A stretch of DNA of 64,000 nucleotides from the NCBI RefSeq assembly GCF_963921235.1, contig NC_086101.1, forward strand, positions 28,954,001 through 29,018,000, written 5' to 3'. The notes under the pieces were generated by a model. The model saw only the letters and a list, made by a program, of their open reading frames with translations, was not told the DNA's origin and did not search any database. Below, piece by piece: positions 35,846-48,160 of this stretch (positions are counted from its first letter, which is position 1; every line of letters starts with the position of its first letter). The position numbers and the translations under genes were made by a program. This DNA is from Mobula hypostoma (lineage: Eukaryota).

Positions 35846-38814
35846 CTGCCCAACAAGTAAAGTTGGCAAATGTTACGTGAACTACAAAGATGATATAGCA
35901 CAAGAGAGGGTGTAGGGGAGAACTGCAAAGTCTGGGTACTTTTGTTTTTGAGGACAATTGAGCAGTTGCAGTTACTTCTTAGGAGCAGAGGATATTAAAG
36001 GGAGATATGAAAAGCTGTAAGGGTCCAGGATGCAGAAGATAGGAAATATATTAGCAAAATAGTCTAAAGTAAAAGGCCGAGATCAAAAATAATCAGCGGG
36101 GTTGGAGGGGAAATAAAACCTTAAGAAGGAATCTCTGGGAATCTCGACAAAATTGGAGATTGCCCTATGGTCCTCATTGATGTGATTAAACTGGAAAATG
36201 ATTATGGGGAAATAGACCATTCGTGGAAGTAGTTTAAAGGCCAGGTTAGAAGATCAGGGTAGTAAATAGGTTCATGAGGTGTTTTGATTGCTGTCCTTTC
36301 TCAGTCATGGTAGCGCCAGCCTGAGGAATAACAAGGACAGTCTGTTTCCCAGTGCACTGTTCTGTGTTTCTTTGGTTTGGGATTTTCCTTTTAACATCTA
36401 AGTCCCTGCTGTTTGTCCAAACACAAGACTCCTGCTGCTAAATTCCAGGCCTTCCAAAACACTCTAAACTCTATTCCTCCACAGGTTTCACAGCCCCATG
36501 CCCATCCAATCACACTTGTCTATCACTTGCTCTGAATTCCTCATGCACACACTAAGAACTATTCTTCCTCCTCATCTATTCTGTGGAATAGGCAGAATCT
36601 GTGTAACGTTACTCAGCTGGAGTTGGGCCTGGGGTGCAGTGGGTAGTTCACAGCAAATGTAACTCTGCATCTCAGACAACAGATCCCTACCTGGGAGGAC
36701 AGAAGAGACTGCAGACGCTGCAAACTGGAGCCACACCCAAACTCCTTGGGGAGCTCATAGTGTTAAGCAGCATCTGTGGAACATTTTGAATCAAATCCAG
36801 ATGAAGGATTTTGACTTGATATGTCAACTGTCCGTTTCCTTCCATACTCCTATCTCTGGAGTCTTTGTTGTTGCACAAAATTAGGTGCAGAACCATGTCC
36901 TGAATGTCCTTACCCAGAGGCCTCGACTACCCTGTGCTGCAAGAAAATATATGTGAAGACAGTACAATATGAAATTTCCTTTTTTTTTGCGGCGGTTGGG
37001 CGGGGAGGAACCTTAATTCCTTTTCTTCCTTGAGGAAGAGAAAGCAGTTCACTGGCACAAGTCCAGAAATTCACTGTGTTGTGCTAACCCTCTCCTTCTA
37101 GAACAACAGCACTACCTTCCACCACTAACAGGAGCCCAAAGACCATGATGTTTTCCATCCCCAGTGAGGAACCAAAGCAATATTCCAATCTTGACACAGA
37201 GAGCTCTGTAATAAGTTTCCCAGCTGCTTGTCACTTCCGTGGGCTGAAAGAGACCATGTATCACAAGTATGTGTTGTGTATGAGGATGCAGCCTGTCTTT
37301 ACCTGTTTGAAGGGGCTGTTCCCTACCCTCCTCATTTAATGTGGTACTTGTAGTATTGTATATAATGAACATACTTCTCTAATTTTGAGAAACACAATTG
37401 TGTTCCTCTGAATTACACCCTGCCAATGCATTGCAACTGACTGCTGATGGAGTGCCATTTCTTCATTGCATTCCTCAGAGATAACAAAGCACCTCTCCCC
37501 GATGAGATGATGTCTGCTCCACTGACTGTGCAATGCTCCTCCTTCAGTACCCCACAACTTCTACCTGCCCCTTCACAGTGCGTGGCCCCACTGACAGTGT
37601 AGTACTCTCTGCGTATCTGAGGATATCACACTACCACCCTCCCTTTGACCACACCACAGTCTCAGATTTGACCTTCCTCTGCACTCAATGATTACATTAC
37701 TTGGGTTCAAAACCAATTCTGACCACCTGTTCTTGCCTTTTCTTCCTCATCTGTCATATTCTTCCTTCTCTCCTTAATATATGAGGAGTGCTTGATCTCT
37801 ATTGACTTGTACTGAATGAAATTCAGAAGGACGGGTGGGGGGGAGGTTGTCAAGGCAGATCGACCCAATGCAAGAGCGCCGTTACCATAAACACAATAAC
37901 ACAAGCAATATTTTCTCAAACTTTACTCTTTATTCATCGTATGCTATGGGGGAAGTTATAGACTGAACTCCCAAAGAGCCAGTCCAGACACAACCCTCCC
38001 CCAAATCACAATTCTTCACAATTTATAATATTAATCATTACATCCACAGGAAATCTTACAATTACACGAGTTAAGACAGTTTTAGAATAGTTTCGATCAC
38101 GTTAATATAGTATTAGATGTAAAATCATCATTGGTTAGTTATAATTATTTTCTGCCACAGCTAGCCTGGATACAACATTAGTTCCTTATATTGACACCTT
38201 CCCCTTTCTCTCAAACATTCTATCCCTTATGCTATCCTTCCCATATTTAGTTATACCTTGAGATGTCCCTTCTGTATGGCTAGATAGAGGACAATGTCTA
38301 ATGCGTTAACTGTCGCTGGGTAGGGTTTCTTTCTGACTTGCCCAACAACAGTAAGCAAAGGTCCTCATAAGGTGATTGATCATTAGCTAATCATTGTTCT
38401 TAGTCTATACTCATATTTACCTGTCCGTCCACTCTGTCAGGGGGATCTCATTGAAATCTGCTCGATACTGAAAGGTCTGGATTGAGTGAACATGGGGAGG
38501 ATATTTTTATCAGCAGGGGAGTCTAGGATCTGAAGGCACACCAGAATAAAGGGACTTCTTTTTAATACTGGAATGAGGAGGAATTTATTCAGCCTGAATC
38601 TGTGGAATTTGTTCCCACTGAGGGCTGTGAAAGCCAAGTTGTTTGGGTATTTAAGGCAGAAATTGATTGGTCCTCGATTGGTAAAGTGGTGAAGGGTTTT
38701 GGGTAGAAGAATGGTGAATGGAGTTCAGAAAATAATCAGCCATAATTTAATGATGGAGCTGAGCAGAAGGGCAAAATAGACTAATTCTGTTCCTATATCT
38801 TAGTCATTGTCATA

Positions 38815-39315
38815 CTTTATTGATCCCGGGGGAAATTGGTTTTCATTACAGTTGCACCATAAATAATAAATAGTAATAGAAATAGTAATAAATAGTCAAA
38901 TAGTAATATGTAAATTATGCCAGTAAATTATGAAATAAGTCCAGGACCAGCCTATCGGCTCAGGGTGTCTGACCCTCCAAGGGAGGAGTTGTAAAGTTTG
39001 ATGGCCACAGGCAGGAATGACTTCCTGTGACGCTCTGTGCTTCATCTCGGAGGAATGAGTCTCTGGCTGAATGTACTCCTGTGCCCAACCAGTACATTAT
39101 GTAGTGGATGGGAGACATTGACCAAGATGGCAAGCAACTTAGCCAGCATCCTCTTTTCAGACACCACCGTGAGACAGTCCAGTTCCATCCCCACAACATC
39201 ACTGGCCTTACAAATGAGTTTGTTGATTCTGTTGGTGTCTGCTACCCTCAGCCTGCTGCCCCAGCACACAACAGCAAACATGATAGCACTGGCCATCACA
39301 GACTCGTAGAACATC
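38815..39315 (-). mobile_element. Rex1/Babar-like LINE 3' end
   Basis: ORF 39042-39320 FYESVMASAIMFAVVCWG..SHPLH..RLIPPR; (ctatt/ctattt) tail. Confidence 0.75.
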
Positions 39316-39589
39316 CTCACCTATGGTCTTATATCTTCTTTGTTCATCTCCACTCTCTCAATATTCTCTATTTTTTCACTCTTTGCCTGAGCCTTCCCCC
39401 TCTAATTTTCTTTACCACTGGAGATCAAAGCACAGAAGATCATCAAGTTTTTTAACCAATTGTCAGTGTGAGATTCAAGGGTCAGTAGCTCTGTCCCTAC
39501 TGTGCTTTATCTTTCTAACCCTAACTTTTCTCTCCTATTTCAGCTCTACTGAAACTAAATATCTTTTCTTTCTCCACAGGTACTGAGCG

Positions 39590-40580
39590 ATCTCAAATAT
39601 TTCCAGCAGATATACCAAGCCTGAGAAGATGTAGCTCTCTTAACTTTGCCAATTCAGTATATAAGGCATTGACACGTGGCAGTTTGGTGTTTTGAGCAAT
39701 GGAAAAACAGAGATCCAAAGCGTGAGAAGACGTAGCTCACTCAGGTTTGCTGATTGAGTATATAAGGCAATGAAACGTGGCAGTTTGGTGTTTTAAGCAA
39801 TGGCCAATCAGTGATCAGCATTGATCGGTAAGAACAAATTAAATGAAGGCAGGGGCAAGTGGAGTAGCCATCATTTGAGTGGATAGTCAGAGTGGGGATT
39901 TTGAGGTTTTAGCTTCGAAGCTTCAGTGAGAGAAAGCGAAAAGCTGTAGGTAATTATTTTCCCAACAATTTATTGTTCTTCCCTTCTTTTTATTTAAAAC
40001 AGTAGGGATGACAGGCAGGATAGTGGAATGCTCCTCTTGCGGGATGTGGGAAGGCAGGGAGACCTCCAGTATCCCTAATGAGAAGTGTATCCAGCTGCAG
40101 CTTTTAACAATCCACGTTAACGAATTGGGGCTGGAACTAGATGAGCTCCAGATCATTCAGGAAGCTGAGAGGGTGATAAATAGAAAATATAGAGAGGTAG
40201 TTACACCAAAGGCACAGGACACAGGAAATTGGATGACAGTCAGGAAGGGAATGGGATTAAACAGCTAGTGCAGAGTACCCCTGTGGCCATCTCTCTCAAC
40301 AACAGGAATATCAATTTGGATATTAGGGGGGGGCGGGGTGGAGGGGTGGGTGATGGAATGACCAGGTAGAGGAAAGTCACAGCAGTCAGGTCTCTGGCAC
40401 TTAGTCTGGCTCTGTGATTCATAAGAGAATGGGGAAAAAGAGGTGAGCAGTGGTGATAGTGGATTTGTTAGTTAGAGAAATAGAAAGGAGTTCAAGGAGT
40501 TAGGTGCTAAATTAAAGGGCAGGACCTCCAAAGTTGTGATCTCAGGATTGTTATATGCCACGTGCCGGTGAGGCTAGAAG
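39590..40580 (+). mobile_element. CR1 5' region / ORF1 fragment
   Basis: ORF 40008-40268 ECSSCGMWE..KCIQLQLL..VNELGLELDEL. Confidence 0.7.
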
Positions 40581-41643
40581 TAGGAAGCTCTCAATTTCTA
40601 CTGTTGTTTAAATCCTTTGATTGACAAGAGCTCAACCAATCAGCAACTTCCAAATCATTCCGCGCCATTCATTAACTCCTTTTTGACCGATTTTGGATTA
40701 GATTAGATTAGATTATGAGGACATGCAATTCTCTTTTATTGTCATTTAGTAATGCATGCATTAAGAAATGATACAATATTTCTCCGGTGTGATATCACAG
40801 AAACACAGGACAGAACAAGACTGAAAAACTGAAAAAACCCACATAATTATAACATATAGTTACAACAGTGCAAGCAATACCGTAACTTGATGAAGAACAG
40901 GCCATGAGCACTGTAAAAAAAAGTTCAAAGTCTCTCAAAAGTCCGTCTCACGCGGATGGGAGAAGGAAGAAAACTCTCCCTGCCATACCTGACCACAGTC
41001 CGACTCTGAGTCGTCCGAAAACTTCGAGCTCCGACCAGCGCTCCGACACAGAGCACCATCTCTACCGAGTGCTTCGACCCCAACCCCGGCCGCCACCAGC
41101 TGGCAAAGCCGAGGATTTTGGGGCCTTCCCTCCAGAGATTCTCAATCGCACAGTAGTAGCGAACAGGGTCTTTCAGAGACTACTCCAGGTGTTCCTCCAT
41201 GCTCTCACGGCTGTCTCCATCAGATCAGAATTCTGCACGGTACCCTATTTAACAAATACAATACCATTTCACTGGACAGGCTATGCGCGCTGCGTCGTGC
41301 TACCATCTTCTCCTCTCCTCCTGGATTGATTGAACTATGGAGATATTTATACTCTGATGACAGAGAATATTCTTTTTTTTCACATTTATAAAAAATATCT
41401 GAGGATTGATTATATTATAGTCAATCCTCGCTTCTTGCCTAGTGTTAGGAATTGTGAGTACGATGCTATTGTTATATCTGATCATGCGCCTCTGAGTTTG
41501 TCTTTTGAATTTGATGTCATCCTTGCCCACCCACCATGGTGCCCGTCTCAGACATCATTGCAGAACTTTGACTTTCTCAGCTTCATTGAAACCCAGATAA
41601 AATAATTTTTTCTTTTTAATGATATGGGGGTATGTCAAAATTA

Positions 41644-41686
41644 AGTCTCTTCGGGGGCATGGGTTCGAATCCCACCGCTGCCACCA
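41644..41686 (+). tRNA. 3' 43 nt of a mature tRNA-Leu including CCA (not a functional tRNA gene)
   Basis: AGTCTCTTCGGGGGCATGGGTTCGAATCCCACCGCTGCCA-CCA: long variable arm, T-loop GGTTCGAATCC, acceptor strand and CCA; one difference from the recalled vertebrate tRNA-Leu; anticodon absent. Confidence 0.88.
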
Positions 41687-41688
41687 TA

Positions 41689-42105
41689 TGTCAAAAACAC
41701 TGTGGGTCAATTGTTTAAGAAAAATAACAAGACGGCTTGAGTCACAAAACTAGATTGAGGTGCTTTTACTTACCTCAAAACAAGACAAAAACTGGAAAAA
41801 AAACAACATATATAGCCACCCTCAGACTAAACACAAAAGAAAACTAACCTCAAAGCCTTGGTAACCTGAGGCTTATAACTGCTAAGCCCCTCCCCCTAGA
41901 CCAACCAAAAACTAATTAACTCAATTATCCAATTAAAGATGGTATCCTCCACCATCAGCACACCTGTGCAGGTTGCTGCTGTCTCTATATGAGACAGCCC
42001 CATGCAGCAGCTCTGTTTCAGACCCAGTCACTATTACTGCTGGGGATGAGTGTTTTACCGAGTGTGCCATGTGCCGTCCGTAGTTAGTGACGGGCCTTCG
42101 TCACA
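41689..42105 (-). mobile_element. Solo LTR (417 bp) followed by an extended tRNA-Leu PBS
   Basis: Minus strand TGTGAC...TTGACA, 2-nt spacer TA, then TGGTGGCAGCGGTGGGAT... Confidence 0.8.
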
Positions 42106-45100
42106 TTATGGGATACATTTAAAGCATTTTTACGTGGTCAGATCATTTCTTATTCAGCTAAGCTTAAAAACAGACTAAAGTAGAATTAGATAAGATTTCA
42201 AAACAAATTAAAGACTTAGATAATATTTATGCAATCTCCCCTAATATTGATTTATTCAAACAAATGGTGGAACTCCAATCACAATATAATTTGTTATTAA
42301 CTCATCCTAGTGAAGGCTACTTACTTAAGCTAAAGAGCCAATTTTATATGTTTGGAGATAAAAATAACAAACTGCTCACATCTCAATTAAAAACAGCTCG
42401 CATCTCAATTAAAAACAGCTAGAACCAAAAGGCAGATTTTGAAAATCCATAGGAAAGATGGTACCCTGGCTAGGGAATATGAAGAAATTAATAAGATTTT
42501 TCAAGATTTTTATACTGAACTTTATAAATCTCAATTTCCAGTAGATTCTTCTAAAATGAAAGCTTTCTTACGAAAGATTGCTTTTCCTCAAATTTCTGTT
42601 GAGATCAAAAAACTCTTGATGCCCAAATTACTGAAGCCGAAATTCATAAAGCCGAAATTCATAAAGCTATTTTTTCAATACAATCTGGTAAGGCCCCTGG
42701 ACTTGATGGCTATCATGTAGAATTTTATTAAAAAATTGGTAAATTGATTTCTCTGTAAATATTGGAAATGTTTAAGGATTCTTTTATGAAAGGTGATTTT
42801 TATGAGGCTTCTCTTTCTTAAATTCTTAAAAAAGGATAAAGATCACTACAGACGTATTTCATTATTGAATGTCGATGCTAAGATTCTGTCAAAGATAATG
42901 GCCAATCGGTTGGAAAATATTTTGGGTAAAATAATTTTTAAAGATCAAATAGGCTTTCTAAAGGGTCGTTATTCCTTTTCAAATGTTCAGAGATTATTTA
43001 ACATCATATATTCGTCCTCTTTTAAAACTCCACAATGCATCGTCTCTTTGGATGCTGAAAAAGCATTCAGTTTAGTCAAATGAAAATATTTATTTAATGT
43101 TTTAGAGAAATTTGGTTTTGGTGTTAATTTTAATAATCGGAATAGAATGATATATAAAACTCCTATTGCTACTGTTATTACTAATAACTGTAGATCCCCT
43201 TTTCTCAGCTTTCACAGGGGACAAGACAAGGTTGTCCATTAAGTTCTTTGTTATTTAATTTAATATTAGAACCCCTTACTATTGCTCTTCGTGAAGCTAA
43301 AGATATTTCTGAGGTTTTTGTGAATGAGACCATTCATAAGATTACTGTTTACGCTGATGATTTACTGGTTTATATATCCAATACCGAGGAATCTATTCCT
43401 GCCTTGCTAAAATTATTTAATGAATTTGGAGATTTTTCAGGATAGGAAATAAAATTCAGGAGAAGTGAACTGTTTCCTTTAAACGAATCTGTTTCTATAT
43501 ATGATAATACTCCTTTCAAAGTCAGATTCCTTCAGATATTTAGGTGTTATAATCACTAAAAAATATAAGGATCTTTATAAAGCTAATTTTGTTCCCTTGG
43601 TATATTTGATGAAGTATTTATTTAGCAGATGGAATCCACTTACATTTTCACTTGCTGGTCGCATCCATATAGTCAAAATGATGATTTTACCAAACTTTTT
43701 ATAGTTATTTCAGAATATCCCTGTTTTTCTGACTAAGAAGTTTTTCGATCAGACTGATTCTATTATTTTATCTTTTATTTGGAATAATGAACGACCAAGA
43801 ATTTGTGAATGTCACTTACAAAATTTGAAAAAGGATGGAGGTCTTGCTTTGCCTAATTTAAGAATGTATTACTGGGCTGTTAATGTGCGATATATGTCCT
43901 TTTGGTTACACTGGATTGATAAGAACAATCGGCCAATTTAAGTAGACTTGGAATTGAAAGCTATGAAGCAGTTTTATTTAACCTCGTTATTGGGAACTGC
44001 TTTACCTATACAATTAGCTAAAGTTGCTAATTTAAATTTATACCCTGTGATTAAGCACTCTTTACAAACTTGGCTCCAGATCCATATTTTTTTTTAAATT
44101 TTAAACAATTTAAACTTTGTAGTTTAATTTATCGTAATTATTTTTTTAAGCCTTCTTTGAGTGATCCATTTTTTTACTTTAGAAAAATAAAGGTATTAAT
44201 TCTTTCTTGGATTTATTTAAAGAAGATAGACTGATGTCTTTTGAACAGTTAGTTGATAAATATTCCCTTTCATACTCACACTTTTTACAATGCCTTCAAG
44301 TTAGACATTTCTTACAAAAATATTTAAGTAATTTTCCTTATATATTGGATACCAACTTGTTAGATACTATTACGAGTATGAACCCATTGATGAAGGGTTC
44401 CATTGGAAGAATTTATAATTTACTATTACAATGAGATAAGCGTCCTTTATTTAAGATTAAACAAGATTGGGAAAAGGAAATTAATTTGACTTTTATGACG
44501 GAGGTCTGGACGCGGGTTCTGAAGTTGGTTAACTCTTCTTTGATCTGTGCTAGTCATTCACTGATTTGATTTTAAATTGTACATCGTTACTATTTGATGA
44601 ATGAGAGATTGTGTAAAATGTTTCCAAATGTTGAAAGTTATTGCAATAGATGTAAAACTGAGACAGCTACACTGACACACATGTTTTGGTCTTGTTCTAT
44701 ACTGGAATAGTTCTGGAAGTCAGTTTTTTTCTACAATTTTTAAAGCACTTAAACTTAATTTACAACCTAACAAATTACCTGTGCTTTGTGGAATAATTCC
44801 TCAAAATATCAGCGGTATCTCTTTGTCTGACCAAACATGTTATTGCATTTGTTACATTCACAGCGAGGAGGGCCATTTTGTTGAAGTGGAAGGATACGTT
44901 GGCTCCCATTTTGTCACAATGGTTCTCTCAAGTGATGCTATGTCTTAGCTTGGAGAAAATTAGAAGTCAAACCTTTGAACCTATGTTTGATTTTGAGAAA
45001 AGATGGGGTTCATTTGTTCATTACTATCATTTGATTTAATTGATAGATTTCTTCCACGATCTAATTGTAAATTTTTGGTACATTATTTTTTCTTGCTGGT

Positions 45101-46004
45101 GGTTTGATGTTTATCTTTAGAAGTTTTTTGTATGACGCATGGCTCCAGGGTTGAACACCTACTGGTGTTTTTTTTCTCACTTTTCTTTGATTTAGTAGGG
45201 TTTATTTTTTCCTCTTTTTCTTGTCACCAGAATTTTTCCAATCTTTAAAGCGATTTCTTTTTCTCTTGGGACATTGTAAGTGTTGCTTACTTCGATGTAC
45301 TCTTGTTAATTTTGGATAATCATGATAAAAAGATTTGAAAAGAAAGAAAGAAAGATTATACAGTTGCAGCTAAGGATTTGGTGTAGGAGGCAGGGCATTA
45401 GATTGATGGATCATTGGGCTTTCGTCTGTTATTCTTCCCTTAAGGCACTACCAGCAGAGTGGTGCAGCTGGTAGCCCTGCAGCTTAACTGTCGACACAGG
45501 TTCAGTTCTGATTTTGGGTGATATCTGTGTGCAGTTTGCATGTTTCTCCTGTGACTCCATGGATGCTCATCCCTCATCCCAAAGACATGGCAGATCAGGA
45601 GGTAAATTAGCTGCTGCAGGTTGTTATTTTATTCACTCCAGATTCTTATCATCTTCTCCATCAACTCCAGATTCTACCCCTGACTGACACACGAGGGGCA
45701 AGGTACAGTTGCTAGTTAATGCACCATCTATGCATCATTGGGGTGGGGGAGAAAACCTGGACAACCAGGAGTTACAGAAAAAACATGCAAGTCTGAATTC
45801 TCTGCAGCAGGCACCTCATGAGACCCTTCCACTTCCTCTCTCCTCATTGTGTCTCTATTGAAAACTCTGTGACCCCGTAGCTTCCCCTGGATGTTCCAAT
45901 TTCTTGCCCTGCAACAAAAATGTTCCCTGTTTGGTTTAACTGACTGTTGTAAGTTCCCCCTAATCCATGGATGAATATGAAAACCTGAGGGGCTTTCAGG
46001 AGAA

Positions 46005-46390
46005 TACTTACTTACTTACTGCCTGTTACACTGCTTGCATTTAGGGCAGCAATGAAGGTCCTCCATCACTGGTGGTATTCAAGGCTCCCTTCATCGTGAC
46101 AGCAGCTTCTACTCGGTTTTCACTACTGTCAGTCATTGAAGTCCTGGGTGGACCATTGCACTCAGATGCATAAGGATTCTTAATTACTGTTGCCATAACA
46201 AGTTTGTGTTACCAGTCAGGTGTATTAGCCGAGAGCTGAACCCTGAACCTGGAGGACCGGTGGACCACTCTTAGTCTGTCCTCTACCCTTTGACCTGTAT
46301 GGCATGGGTGACCCTACCAAGAACCAAAACATGAAGCTCTGACTCCAGCCAACATTCCTCCAGATGAATGAGGCACACTAGCCTCCAAAC
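46005..46390 (-). mobile_element. RTE-related non-autonomous element with (AAGT)n tail
   Basis: (ttac)n at 46007-46020 followed by RTE-like sequence. Confidence 0.5.
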
Positions 46391-47399
46391 CACGACAGGC
46401 CTGTATCTATGGCTCAGTGGTGTTATGGGTGTAAGTGTGAAGGGATGCATTGGAAAAAGAAGAATAGTTACATTAAAGAAATTTGACTTTGGGAAAGGGA
46501 TTCCTAGGTAACTGGTGGACTGAGGAAGGGTGTGAGACGACAGGCAGGTAGGGAAGGTGAGCGGAATTGGAGTTGGGAGACAGTGGAAGGTAAATGATAG
46601 ATGAAGGAAGACAAAGAGGGAGGAAAGAGGAAAGAAAAACAGATGGAGAAGGACAATGTGAGGACAGGAGAAATCTGGTGACAGGAGTTAAGAAGGGTGA
46701 TATATGAGTAAAGGAGAGGAGGGGATGAAGGTGAGTGAGAAGCTAGGGGTGGGTGTGGGAAAGGGGACAAAAGTGGGAGGACTGGAAGGTCAGAGGGAGA
46801 GGTAGGAAGAAGGGATATATGGAGAGGGGTTAAAGTGGGTGGAAGGTGTGTTAAACTAAAATTGAACAACTGAGTATTCAAGCCATTGAGTCATAAACAA
46901 TCCAGGCTCTCTATAAGATGTTGCTCCTCCACTTTGCATTGTGCTTCATCCTGGCAGTGGAGAAGGTCTGTGGGCTTTACAGGAACTAATTTGTAGAGAG
47001 ATCGCACGCTGTTGCAAGAAACATAAGGTTGTGATAGTATGTGAAATTGACTCTTCACATATTGACTGGGACTCCCATACTGTAAAAGGATTGGATGGAA
47101 TAGAGTTTGTCAAATGTGTTCAGGAAAGTTTCCTTGGACACACAGGAAATCTATATCGAGCACAGGTCCAGCCACTTTTGCCAGGATAAAGTCCCATGTG
47201 TAATGTCACCCACTGAAGCAGAGCGACACCTGTCGTGTCCTTTAAGTCTGGATCTTGCTGCCGTTGTCAGCCTCCAGAAAGATCTCATAGCTCTTTGCCT
47301 TCTCCTCAATAGGCTATGCTGGCAGCACACACACTTGAGCACGTGTCACACAGGAAGCGTCACCTTGATTAGATGTCCATAATGAATAGCAGACAACCC

Positions 47400-48160
47400 T
47401 GGCAGTTGAAGCTCAAGGTGTTCAACAGATCTCTGATGTCCCAATGTGCTGGAACTGTCAAAGCAGAAAATGGCTGGCACTTCTTCATGTTTGTAATAAA
47501 GTGAGCATGATAAAACCACAGATCCAGCATTGTTTGTTTCACAGCCACTGGCATCCTCTTGTTGGGGGCTTTTCTGACTGGGCTTATTGAGGTAGAGAAA
47601 GGAGGAGGAATGATGCACCGCTGCCTAGCTGAGTGTAGACTATCAGCCTTTTTAGCAAGCTCGCTATAGTCCATCACGGGTGCATTAGTGAGGGCTATGC
47701 AAACTTGATCAGGCATTAACTGCATGAAGAGTTTTTAAAAAATAAAACAAAGATGCTGATTTCCCAGGAGATACAGAATGTGTTCTGTTATCTCCAAAGG
47801 CCTAGCATCACCATGACTGGATAAGGAGAACAGCTGTTTGGCACACACAGACTCCAATATTCCAAAATTGTGTAAAAGGGTAGTTTTCAGCAATTGGTAG
47901 CTATTGTGTTCAGGCGGGTGTTCAAGCAGACTCACCACTCTTGTAGCCATAATAGTACTGAGCGATGCTACCATGTGGTAAAATTTGGTGTCATTGGTGG
48001 TGATTTCTTGCAGAGCCAACTGCGCCTCAGCTTGTATGATAAAAGTGACGGCACTTTGCTTGCAAAACATTGGCAGTTTCAAAGCGATTGTGTTGCCCGA
48101 CGTGTTCAATAATTCTGGAATCGTCTGAGAGCCTGTAACACATTTTAAACTCCAAAACAC
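47400..48160 (-). mobile_element. Degenerate Gypsy gag remnant
   Basis: KLP.F......IIQAEAQLAL..ITTNDTKFYHMV..PP..SYQLLK and ..FYHAHF....KKC. Confidence 0.75.

Larger units (their letters stand above)
41325..45355 (+). mobile_element. L1-clade LINE ORF2 (EN end, RT, CCHC), degenerate; hosts the LTR-tRNA insert
   Basis: ISDHAPL, LWDTFKAFLRG, YRRISLLNVDAKILSK, SLDAEKAF, VYADD, CNRC..LTHMFWSC; gaaaagaaagaaag tail. Confidence 0.92.

Noticed and set aside
36914-36936. 23-nt micro-exon-like segment with good AG/GTAAG sites
   Set aside because: No phase combination joins it in frame to the copy-2 exon
37727-37811. 85-nt candidate exon (YKSIEIKHSS..KART) in phase with the copy-2 terminal exon
   Set aside because: Weak donor (GTGGTC), no Cys or Ig pattern beyond HSS, and it lies in LTR-like sequence
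42373-42670. 24-bp and 16-bp tandem duplications in L1 ORF2
   Set aside because: Ordinary slippage in a dead LINE
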